A DNA stretch of 64,000 bases, taken from the NCBI RefSeq assembly GCF_000315625.1, contig NW_005434663.1, positions 773,882 to 837,881 on the forward strand, given 5' to 3'. Position numbers and translations under genes: made by a program. Under the pieces are notes generated by a model. That model was not told the origin of the DNA, made no database searches, and saw nothing but the letters and a program-made list of their open reading frames with translations. This DNA is from Guillardia theta CCMP2712. Taxonomy: Eukaryota > Protista > Cryptophyta. Shown here one piece after another: positions 37,603 through 46,911 of this stretch; positions within the stretch are counted from its first letter, which is position 1, and the number at the start of each line of letters is the position of its first letter.

Positions 37603-37610
37603 AATACCAT
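36669..37610 (-). CDS. Intronless coiled-coil tandem-repeat protein, family member A (313 aa)
   Basis: Open frame with 33-bp repeats encoding IKADKEMQLKE. N- and C-terminal regions are highly similar to 46912-48144. Confidence 0.75.
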   Translation of the reverse strand: MVFLKMLRRVFSLSMQRRQGRLGGDKQLLYSVGRERLRQITLPRPLSMSPTGSASWSGWPWQSSRLRRIELCLDEMKKQFEEEVKADKERLIADKEKIIADKEMQLKVIKADKEMQLKEIKADKEMQLKEIKADKEMQLKEIKADKERLYKQLQQQKIETLRELSRFKVIPNNRALIEFALSSSGMSLTKALEMFVDEHLLTADTKTLSEYGRKVCKKLRDVGFAGKEELVGKELENLMHEISKPLPRPHVSGKIYRGYVVGGDPPLAEALAIVISKLQECKLVENLDVLLVDGEGKCKCMLTDGEIIKYSEE

Positions 37611-37630
37611 GTGTCGTGATGGGTGAAATA

Positions 37631-37951
37631 GATTTCTTGCGACATGAATGGCAGCAAGAGGGATTGGATGCAGGAGAGATTTGGCAGGAGGAATACATGG
37701 CTTCGAACCAGGTCAGTAGAGAAGTTTCAAATACCCGATGTTATTCACCGAGTTTGAATCACCTGACACAGATCCCGAGACAAACTGATTCCGTGTCATG
37801 TGGCATATTTCTGTGCGGAATAGCTGACTGCCTGTCTGGAAACATGGCGGTGAATTCATTTGGCCAAGGGGACATAGACGAGATCCGGCAAGCGATGGAA
37901 AGGTTGTTGACAAAGGTGTATTTACCAGCGGAAGAAGTAAACGTGGAGTGA
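37631..37951 (+). pseudogene. 3' fragment of a Ulp1/SENP (peptidase C48) gene
   Basis: Removing intron 37712-37771 gives FLRHEWQQ...W...QIPRQTDSVSCGIFLCGIADCL...FGQGDIDEIRQAM, the PxQxxxxxCG catalytic-Cys motif. The upstream His/Asp region is absent. Confidence 0.72.
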
Positions 37952-38312
37952 TGGATGCCTTAAAACGAGGAGTTTGCAAAGTCCAGACTAGCATTGCAAG
38001 GTAGGGTAAAGGTACTTCGAAGATAAACACACGTGGACGAGTGTTGGGGACAGAAGGATAGTAGTTGCCATCACAGCGTTCACCATCGTGAAACCAACAA
38101 CCTGCCGACAACGTGCAATGGGCATAACAGGTAGTAGAGGATCTCAATGGGAGTAGCCCTGACAAGTAAGAGATGGTCTGATGAACTGATATAGATAACT
38201 GCAGAGCTTGCCGCAGTGCCCCAGAATGTACGACACTGAACAGTGTTAGCAGCATTGGTGTGCGAATGACATACTCCGCGACGATGTGGGATGAGTGAAC
38301 GAGGGAGGAGTG

Positions 38313-38502
38313 GTGATGTAGCACCCCTCCTAGGTATAGTATGTCAGGGTGCCAGAAGGGGGTACTGTAGACTTTCCAACAAAGTGATGAAGTACCCCTC
38401 ATGGGTATAGGATGTCAGGCTGCCACAAGGGGGTACTGTAGACTTTCCAAGAAAGTGATGAGGTACCCCTCCTATGTATAGCTGCCAGGAGGGGGTACTG
38501 TA
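38313..38502. repeat. 71-bp imperfect tandem repeat (about 2.7 units) with internal inverted repeat
   Basis: Units start with gtgatg at 38313, 38384 and 38455. Each has (gt/gc)acccct...agggggtac. Confidence 0.85.
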
Positions 38503-38930
38503 GTCTGTTGGGGGTATGACGACCACCCCTGTGACAACCGATGTTCTCCGACAAAGGAGGGTGGGGGGTGGTGGATTGAGGAGAGGTGAGGGTAATCGGG
38601 GGGTAGTGAGAGGGAAGTGGTGGGGTAGTCGAATACAAGAATACTTTTTGTACCGTAATGATAAAAAGGTTGTTGACAATTATTAATTAGTACCAGATAG
38701 TACCCACCCCCTAGATGTACTTGCCTTGTTTGGACCGGTGAAGGCAGAGGAGAATATGCTTTAAAATAGATAAGATTTTAATCTGTAACCCATGATTTTG
38801 GGCTCTTTTCTGTCGAATACCCCATCAGATTGGATTAGAGCAACTAGGGGTTTTATAGAGCCTATAAAACTTTTTATAGACAGGTGCCGTAAGCACCGGT
38901 ACCTGATTCTAGTGGTAGTGTGGGAAAAAC

Positions 38931-38932
<2 letters not shown>

Positions 38933-38969
<37 letters not shown>
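38933..38969. repeat. (AT)n microsatellite
   Basis: Perfect dinucleotide run. Confidence 0.95.
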
Positions 38970-38970
<1 letters not shown>

Positions 38971-39249
38971 TTTTTAAAACTGCCCGTTTTCTACCGTTAT
39001 GCGGATATGTAACGGTCTTAGCAAGTTCCTGGCTAAACCTGACTACCCCCCAATGGGTACTCTCCCTGAGTTCGTGGAAAAAATTGGAATTGGGTCGGGG
39101 TGAGTGCATGGCTATCTGACCCGGTACTTCATTTATTCCAGGTCTGGATAATGTGGGGGTTATCCACGATGGGCCACAGGGTGAGGGGGTGAGGTGGTGA
39201 GGGGGTGAGGGGGTGGGGGGTGCTGAGGAGGGGTAGGGGTGACCGGAGC

Positions 39250-39256
39250 TATAAAA
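39250..39256 (+). promoter_or_regulatory. Candidate TATA box of TCP11 copy 4
   Basis: TATAAAA directly after a G-run-rich tract (39171-39241) and before a pyrimidine-rich leader. Confidence 0.45.
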
Positions 39257-39494
39257 GCTGATCGGTTTCACAACCTTGCTCGTTCTTCCCTCACATCCAT
39301 CTTCACTCCCTCCTTGCACCTCTCCTGCCACTCAAAACCACCTCCACACCTCCTCAGCTGCCTCCTCAGCTCTACTCCCACAGCCTCGCATACTTCTGCA
39401 TAGAACCTCCTCGTTCTTTCATTGTATTCTCCCCACGATTCCCCCTCCCTTGTTCCCCAGAATCCTTTCCCAAGTGCAAAACCTTTCCCAAAAC

Positions 39495-41978
39495 ATGCCC
39501 TCTATCACTCATTCAAATTCATACAACATCCACAGAAGTGATATCAAAGATCAGGATGTTTCTTGTAGAAAAAGAAAAGAATCCTCGATAGTTTTCTCCG
39601 ATACAGATCTCCAACAGTACGTTCCTGACATTCAAAGTATAAAGCGACAACGATACCCGAATGGTTGCACTAACGAGTCAAACAAGATTGAGATCTGTGA
39701 ACTTCCTTGCACGCAAATTCATCGGGCTGGTGAGCCACTCCTCATGCAAAGAAGAGCGTCTGCAAAAATCATTTTACGCTTTTTTCAATACAATGCCTGT
39801 AAGAAATCGCTGAAACGGCTAGTTGCAGCGTTGCAGCGAACTCAACTTGTTCAAACGTGGCCTTCAGATGTAATTTTTCAAGCTATGGTGAATCGCTCTC
39901 AGAAGAAGTGGGTTGTCAGAGACTTCAGACATCTAATAACAAGCATTATCTTCCTCATCCAGCGCGCTATTGTCAAGCGAGGCCTCCCACTGGACAAGGA
40001 CGAGACGGTAGAGCAGTTCAACGTCCGAGTCCTCATGGCCGCCTTTCTCGTCGTCAACCGACCCGGCAGCTGCTTCGAGAGCATCGGCCACCTCGAGAAA
40101 CAAGTGCAGCATGCCGCCGCCGACCTCGTCACAAGCATTAGACAAATATGCGCTGGAATTGAAAACTCTCGCGCTCAGCCTCTCACACAGCATGATTGGA
40201 GCTCGTGGAGGCCCTTCCTCAAGCAGCTCAACGTCTACCTCGCTCGCTTCAAGGACTGGAAAGTCCCGGACGAGCACAAGCTCACCGAGCGCATCAAGCA
40301 TGCGCTTCTCGCCCTCTACCGTGCGGAGTCACACCTCAGCCCTGACGCCCAGGAGTACATGTCTGTGAAGGAGGAGTTCCGAGCGCAGAAGGCGAAGCTC
40401 CGAGCCAAGATGCTACAGATCGCAGGAGCCCAGGGGCTGGAGAGCTTCGACGAGGCGCTAAGGCAGCAAGGCTTCACTGCGGTCGACGCGGAGCCGTCGG
40501 AGGAGACAGCTTCGTCCTCCTCGCAAGGGGCCGGGAGCAGCTCGAGGCCAGCAGAGCTACCGTCCTCGACGAATGCGTCCGGGCTGTCTTCGCTGCCCGG
40601 CCGGATGACCAACGAGCAGCTGGCGCATGAGCTGCTGCTGGATCCCGCCTTCAAGCTCGACGAGCAGGGGGCAGGCTACCTCGACAACCCCGTGCTGTCC
40701 AAGGTGAGGGAGAGCTTCAAGGTGGCTTTCTGGGACAGCCTGGTAGACGACCTGAGGCTCACCCCGCCGTGCTACGTGCGAGTGCTCAAGGTGGTAGGGG
40801 AGGTGAGGGACGGGATGATCGACCTATCGCCTAGCCGGAGCAAGGAGCTCAAGGAGAAGATCGACACGGCCTACTGGCAAGAGCAGATCGAGTCAGGGGC
40901 GCTGGACTGGTCGTCGTGTGTGTCGTTGATCGAGGGGATGCTGGGGATTGCAATGGAGATGCAGGAGCCCTCGCGGAAGCAGGAGACGCAGGCAGGCTGG
41001 AAGGCTCTCGAGGAGGAGCTCCGAGCTGGCACGCCAGAGGACCAGCCGACGCTGTTCTGCAAGGCGCTGGAGTATGTGCTGGGGCGGGTGAACGTCATGA
41101 GAGTAGACGCGGCCAACGCCCGGCTACGGAACATCGCTCACGTCATTCAGAACCACGGGATCGAGTACGAGCGAGCGCACATGGACAAGAAGATTAAAGC
41201 CAACCCAGCCTACCTCCAGCGCACGCCAGAGTGGATCCGGGCGGTGGTAGAGAAGGAGGTAGGGAGGGGCCGGGCAGTCCTGTCGAAGCTCGTGCAGGGC
41301 GAGGGCGCGGCGTACGAGCAGATCCACACGGCTGCGGTCTTGAGCCTGATCATGGGGAGTGAGCCCGTCAAGACCGACGCTTGCCCAGAGACCCTGCAGC
41401 TGGACATCAGCAGGCTACGCAAGTACCACGCGGACTTCCACTTCGACGTGCTGGCGGCGTGCATGCTAGCGGTGGCGTCGCAGCGACTGATGGCGACGAA
41501 GAAGGACCCGAAGGTGACGGAGCTGCTGGAGCACTTGAAGACGTCGCTCAACAGCTTCGAGGCGTCGCTTGTCGACAAGGAGGAGCGTGTCAAGGCAGCG
41601 ACGTCGAGCTTCGAGGCCGAGCTGTCAGCGGCAGAGAAGGAGGTCATCGCCTCTTGCCTGTCGCCCAGCCAGCCGTCAGCGTACTCGAGGGAGATGCTGG
41701 AGAGGCTTCTTGCGGTGCCTGCGATGGTCTTGGAGAAGAGCTACGGGCCGATGGAGGAGCAGTGGCTGCGGCTGGTGTCAGCGGACGGGAGCAAGGTCGA
41801 GTCGGGTGTGCCGCAGTCGCCGTTTGTGAGGAACGTGTACGAGCGTGTTGTGAGGAATGCGAGGAGGGTGCGGAAGGTGATCAGCTTGAACCGCAAGGTG
41901 CACTACGACAGGTACAACCAGATGATCTTGGCGGAGAGCCAGGAGTTGATGGAGAGGAGGCAGGAGGATTTATTGTAG
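39495..41978 (+). CDS. TCP11/SOK1-family protein, copy 4, with unique basic N-terminal extension (intronless)
   Basis: First in-frame ATG at 39495. N-terminus contains RKRKE...IKRQR and an IQ-like segment (SAKIILRFFQ), followed by the shared core. Confidence 0.8.
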   Translation: MPSITHSNSYNIHRSDIKDQDVSCRKRKESSIVFSDTDLQQYVPDIQSIKRQRYPNGCTNESNKIEICELPCTQIHRAGEPLLMQRRASAKIILRFFQYNACKKSLKRLVAALQRTQLVQTWPSDVIFQAMVNRSQKKWVVRDFRHLITSIIFLIQRAIVKRGLPLDKDETVEQFNVRVLMAAFLVVNRPGSCFESIGHLEKQVQHAAADLVTSIRQICAGIENSRAQPLTQHDWSSWRPFLKQLNVYLARFKDWKVPDEHKLTERIKHALLALYRAESHLSPDAQEYMSVKEEFRAQKAKLRAKMLQIAGAQGLESFDEALRQQGFTAVDAEPSEETASSSSQGAGSSSRPAELPSSTNASGLSSLPGRMTNEQLAHELLLDPAFKLDEQGAGYLDNPVLSKVRESFKVAFWDSLVDDLRLTPPCYVRVLKVVGEVRDGMIDLSPSRSKELKEKIDTAYWQEQIESGALDWSSCVSLIEGMLGIAMEMQEPSRKQETQAGWKALEEELRAGTPEDQPTLFCKALEYVLGRVNVMRVDAANARLRNIAHVIQNHGIEYERAHMDKKIKANPAYLQRTPEWIRAVVEKEVGRGRAVLSKLVQGEGAAYEQIHTAAVLSLIMGSEPVKTDACPETLQLDISRLRKYHADFHFDVLAACMLAVASQRLMATKKDPKVTELLEHLKTSLNSFEASLVDKEERVKAATSSFEAELSAAEKEVIASCLSPSQPSAYSREMLERLLAVPAMVLEKSYGPMEEQWLRLVSADGSKVESGVPQSPFVRNVYERVVRNARRVRKVISLNRKVHYDRYNQMILAESQELMERRQEDLL

Positions 41979-42765
41979 ATATGTCGATACAAAGTTATGC
42001 TTGTTGAATGTAAGGAGTCAGTGTAATTGAATGAAGTTTCTCAATCGCTATAGCTCTTCACTCGGGTCGTGGCTTTATCCTGAACTTCAAGGCCCCCCAG
42101 TAACTTCAATCTCCATGCTTCAAGGCTTCAGGCCGCCTGTCCTGCGAAGCCGCAGTGTTTCTTCAACTGGCAACATCGGATTGAGCAAGGGCCACTGCCA
42201 ACGGTGCTGAGTCTGACTCATTGAGGCCGGGGCCGGGCACGTCTGGTAGGGCCCGGCCCGGGCTTACGCGCCCCGGACCCGGCCCGTGACTCCGCCGCGG
42301 GGCCGGGCGGGGGGATCACTTGAACAAACTGGGTCCAATCTTTACTCAAAGTTAAGTTAAAAATCAGTACGAGGACAATCAGGAGAGTCGAAGAGGCTTG
42401 ACCCTGACATTGTCGCACAGGCCAAACGGCGAGAAGAGAATGACAGCGAGAACCAAACCCAATCCTGCCGACTGCTGTCTCCCAAACTTAACTGATACCT
42501 TCACTTAACGCCATGCCAGCGATGTCGCGGTGGCCGCCGCCGAAGGAATGAGACGCATACCGGGACTCCCGGATGCACCCGCGATGATGGCAGCGTAGGA
42601 CAGGGAGGCCTTGAGCTGACGAACCAATCCTGCCAACTTGAACCGTGAACGCCAGTGACCCGGACCGCAGTGAAAGACCACGGTGAGCCGGTGACTCACG
42701 GCCCGGCCCGGCCGGACTCCAACCGAGTAAGGTATAGGCTCTGTATAGGCTCCCGGTGATGAGGG

Positions 42766-45657
42766 ATGGGCAGGATGAGGCGCAATGGAACTTTGATGGT
42801 GTGCCTGCTTCATGGCCTCGCGCTTCAGTCGCTGGGGTTTCAACTGCCTTCAAGCCTGATGGCTGAGAAGATGCTGGCTGCTGCCGCTCGAGCTCTCTCC
42901 TCTCCCCTGCCTCCTCCGGGAGGATCATGGAAGCCCATACCTCGACTGCATCGAACCTCGAGGATACGACTCGGGCAGGGACTGACGAGCCAAGGGGACG
43001 AGGAGATGGAGAAGTTCCTTTCGATGGCAGAAACGCTGCTGAGGCAGAACGACGATGAACTTGACTCGCTCTCGTTCGGCAGGAAGTGGAGAGCGATGTT
43101 CCCAGGCAAGGATCTCGATTCGTTCACGAGAGAGAGGCGGGCGACGGTCGCCCAGTTGCTCTCATCATCTGATCGTTTCAGCGTCTCCAAGAAGCCTAAC
43201 TCTGCTGCAAAGATATTTCGACTGAAGGACTCACAGAGGTCAAAGACGGTCGAAAAGAAAGATAGCACCAGAGGGTATGCCTTCTCGGTTGTGAAGACGT
43301 TGGACGTGCCCACGGGAGGGGGCCTCGGCGAATCGGAGTTCAATGCAACCAGGCCGAAGAGTTCAGCTTTCAGGGCGAGCGAGAGTGCGTTGAAGCTGAT
43401 GGATGCTTGGTCCCAAGCAGCGACGAGTGCGAATTCATCAACTCAAGCTGAGAAGGAAGAGAGAAGTCTGAACCTGATGAAACAAGTTGGTAATGTGACC
43501 TCAGTCCAGTTTTACAACAGAATGATCAGGCAATACGTTGAGTCTGTTTCCGAAGGAGACAAGATGGCTCTCTTTAAGGCTCTTGATGCCTTGGCTGAAA
43601 TGCGTCGTAAAAACCTTGAAGTGAATCTTTTGACAATCAACTCCGTCCTAACAGTGTGCAAGAAAGCTGCAGGCACAGATCAAATGGAAGAAGCTGTAAA
43701 CGCTGCTTTTGATATCTTTGAAGACATGAAATCCATGAAATTGCCACCTGACCTCGTCACCTTCAATCTACTCTTGGAAACATGCTCAAATGCCATTGAA
43801 TGCGGATATGCCGAATGCTTTGACAAAGCATCGAGCGTTTTTGATAAGATGCAAGAATATCAAATCAAGCCAAACGTAGCCAGCTATAACATGTTGTTAT
43901 TCTCTTGCTCGAGAGCTGCCCGGGACAGTGGTCCAATGATCATTAGCAAGTGCTTTCACATTCTGGATCTGATGGAGGAGGACGGACTGCTGCCGGACAC
44001 GTCAGTGTTCAACGCCATGATCGATGCTTGTGCAAAATCAGCGACAGGAAACGATGGGGTAAGCGTTGGGCTGCAGATATTGGAGAGGATGTCTGCAAAC
44101 AGGATCGAGCCTGATGTTATCACATACAACTCACTCATCAACGTTTGTGCGATGTCTGCTGCCGACGGCGACACCAACGCCTTTGCGAATGCCCAGGAAA
44201 TTCTCTACATGATGCTGAAGAATGGAGTCAGGTAGGCCTCTCCATCCCTTGCTAGGATAGTATTAACCACTCCAAGATATCCGCCTGATTGTTGCTCAAT
44301 CAATGGTCGTTTTTTCGCTTTGACTCCTTTGCATAGGCCCAACGTTGTTACATTCAATTCTCTTGCTACTATCATTGTTCGTGCAGTCCAGGCGGGTGAA
44401 ATCACAGACCCAGGAGCTGCCGCCTCTCAAGGGCAGCAAGTACAACATGTAAACGACTTGACGGTGATTGATGTCCTTGGCAGGTGATAGACATGATGAT
44501 TCAAGCGGGAGTTCAGCCGAATGTGATCACTTACAATGCGATCTTGTCGGCTGTCGTTCGTGCCAAGTCTGGAGACCCAGGGCAGTCTCAAGAGGAAATC
44601 ATGAATGTGAGCAACAGAAGCAGCTAAGATCTGGATGGATCGATGTGACATTCATGGCCAGATTATCACTAAGATGTCATTGACTGGCATTCTACCGAAT
44701 GCTGTCACCTTTCAAATGATAATGGAGGTTTTCTAGCTCATTGAATTTGCTATGCGTCTTATTCCACCACAGGATTTGGCAAAGTTTGGAGACTCGACGG
44801 AGTCCCAACGTGTTCTTGGAGCTTTACAGCTCCTTCAGGTGCTCTCAGCCCTTACGAGTTTGTTTAGGATAGGTGAAGTTCGTGTTCAAAGGTTAGGAAG
44901 TCCGGCGATGACTCGATCTTCAACTACGTCGTGGACATGTCAGGTGCAGACTTGCGTGCATCCATTTCTAACGCCATGTCTTCAGATGCCAAAGGAGCGA
45001 AGAGCGAGTCAAACTCCTAATCCCCATTATCAAGTGCTCAGGCAGAGATGCCCAAACGCCAGCCCTGATTCGAAGATAGGTACCTTACTGAGAATGACAT
45101 GGTTCCGAACGTCTTCACCTTCAACGCCTTGTTGTCGAGGTGCAAGTCTTTCGGTCAGCCTGCTCTTTTGTCTGCCTTGCAGGACGTGATGGCGAACAGG
45201 TGGGGACGGGCTAAAAGAAGCTATTCTCCTTGTAGAGACGATGAGACAGCACGATGTCAAGATCAACGACAGGACGTTCGCTCTCGTCCAGGAGGTCCGC
45301 AAGGTGCCCCCGTCACAAGTCTCCAGTGCTCGCTCTCCGTGACAGGCTGCAGGCACACGAGGAGGACCCGGAGCTACGTGGAGTGCAGGCATGGGACTTG
45401 TTCTCGGTGCGGCCCGTCTCTCGAGGGCTCCGGCTCTGACGCGCGTGTGGTTGCAGGAAGAATTGATCGAGCACAACCGGCAAAAGGAGGCGAGGATCAA
45501 GTTGGTGTAAGTCGTTTTTCTCCTACTTGCTCTACCCCCTCCTGATCCTCCCTTCAGCCCCATCGACTGCACTTTGGAGGACATGGTCAACATGAAAGGG
45601 AACTGGGTGCCTTTTTATGAGGTCGACGACTTCGAACCACCCGGAGAGGAACGATAG
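42766..45657 (+). CDS. Pentatricopeptide repeat (PPR) protein, probably plastid-targeted, multi-exon
   Basis: Repeats PDLVTFNLLLETC, PNVASYNMLLFSC, PDTSVFNAMIDACAK, PDVITYNSLINVC, PNVVTFNSL and PNVITYNAIL. Signal peptide ending QSLG followed by FQLP fits the bipartite Phe+1 pattern. The last exon ends EPPGEER* at 45657. Confidence 0.88.
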
Positions 45658-46672
45658 GGCAGTTCACCGCCTTCTCCTGGGCCTCAGTTGGGGGAGTTTG
45701 ACGACTTGTACCCAGCCGTTATCGGACGTCTGGAGATGTGAAGCAACTTCACGTCAAAGTGTAGTGTAGCCTTAGGAGGGATAGAGCCCGGGTACCTGCG
45801 CACGCAAGGGCAGCAGCGTCAGTTCAAGTCACAAGGGAACACAGCGATACCCCTGGTCTCCGTAAGCCAGGGAAGGAGGAATCGTTAGCCTGCGGGGACA
45901 GTCAGGGGTCCACAACGAGCCCTCAGTGCCGTACTTGCGCTCTCCTCCTACTCTCATGCCCTGCAGGCCGATGTCGTCGCCTTTGATGACCTTGATGGAT
46001 GTGTCAAGCCCGCCGGCTCCACCATAATCATATCACCTGCCCTTCTCGGAACATGAAGACATACTTTCCTTGATCAAACACAGATCTTGTGTAACATAAA
46101 GTCAATCAACTTGCTGTGCTTAATCAAGTGTCATTACCCATCTTGCAGTTTTCCAACGTATCCGATCGTTGCCGTGTCTCCGGGTTCGAGCTGTTCTCCA
46201 CTACCAACCTTCACATCCTTCACCTGTCCTGACAATCATCGCACAAGAACAGCAAGAAGGCGCGAGTTCCTGCAGGCCTAGATCCATTCTAGCCTGCGCT
46301 AGACTGAGAGCGAGCTCGGGAGCATGGCCAGGCATTCTCCCCCATTACCTGTGTGAGGGCGTAAGAGGAGGAGGAGGAGGAGGAGGAGGAGGAGGAGGAG
46401 AAGGATGAGGAGGAGCACTACCAGCAATCGTTCATGCAGTCGAAACCTCCACTAGGCGACGACACAGTCTTGAGGTAGCACACGCCCTTCGCAGGATGGT
46501 ACGTGTACCCCCTACAAGCTTCATGCTGCGAACACGCTTGCTTGCATGCAACGCCTAACAACCACGTCATGCGTCGACATCGGCCTCGTACATCTCACCG
46601 AGCTTCTGTTTGTCGTTCACGAACTTCCCGTCGAAGTCGAACGGGTTGTGGAGCAAGTCGTTACCTGGAGGC
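45607..46672 (+). repeat. Direct duplication, left copy (of 48965-50024)
   Basis: Near-identical sequence including introns. The length difference lies in a GGA tract. Confidence 0.92.
45684..46672 (-). pseudogene. 5'-truncated copy of the PAN-FKBP gene
   Basis: Lacks the upstream exons and carries a TAC-to-TAA premature stop at 46345-46347 relative to the intact copy. Confidence 0.82.
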
Positions 46673-46911
46673 TAAGGGGTAGTGCTCTTCGTCTCGGAGG
46701 TAGGTAGTCTCCGCATAAATATCGCATTTTTGTATGTATATAAATATAACGGGTGTTTCGTTTTCCCCACAGTAGGCTATAAGTAGAGCTATGGGATCTA
46801 GTAGGATTCGAAGTAGGTTCAATACTTCTCCTTTAGTTTTCTGTCAATGATTACTGTGAAGTCAACATCTCTACTTCTGTTGCTCTCTAGTTTGTTGCTC
46901 TCTATCTGAAA

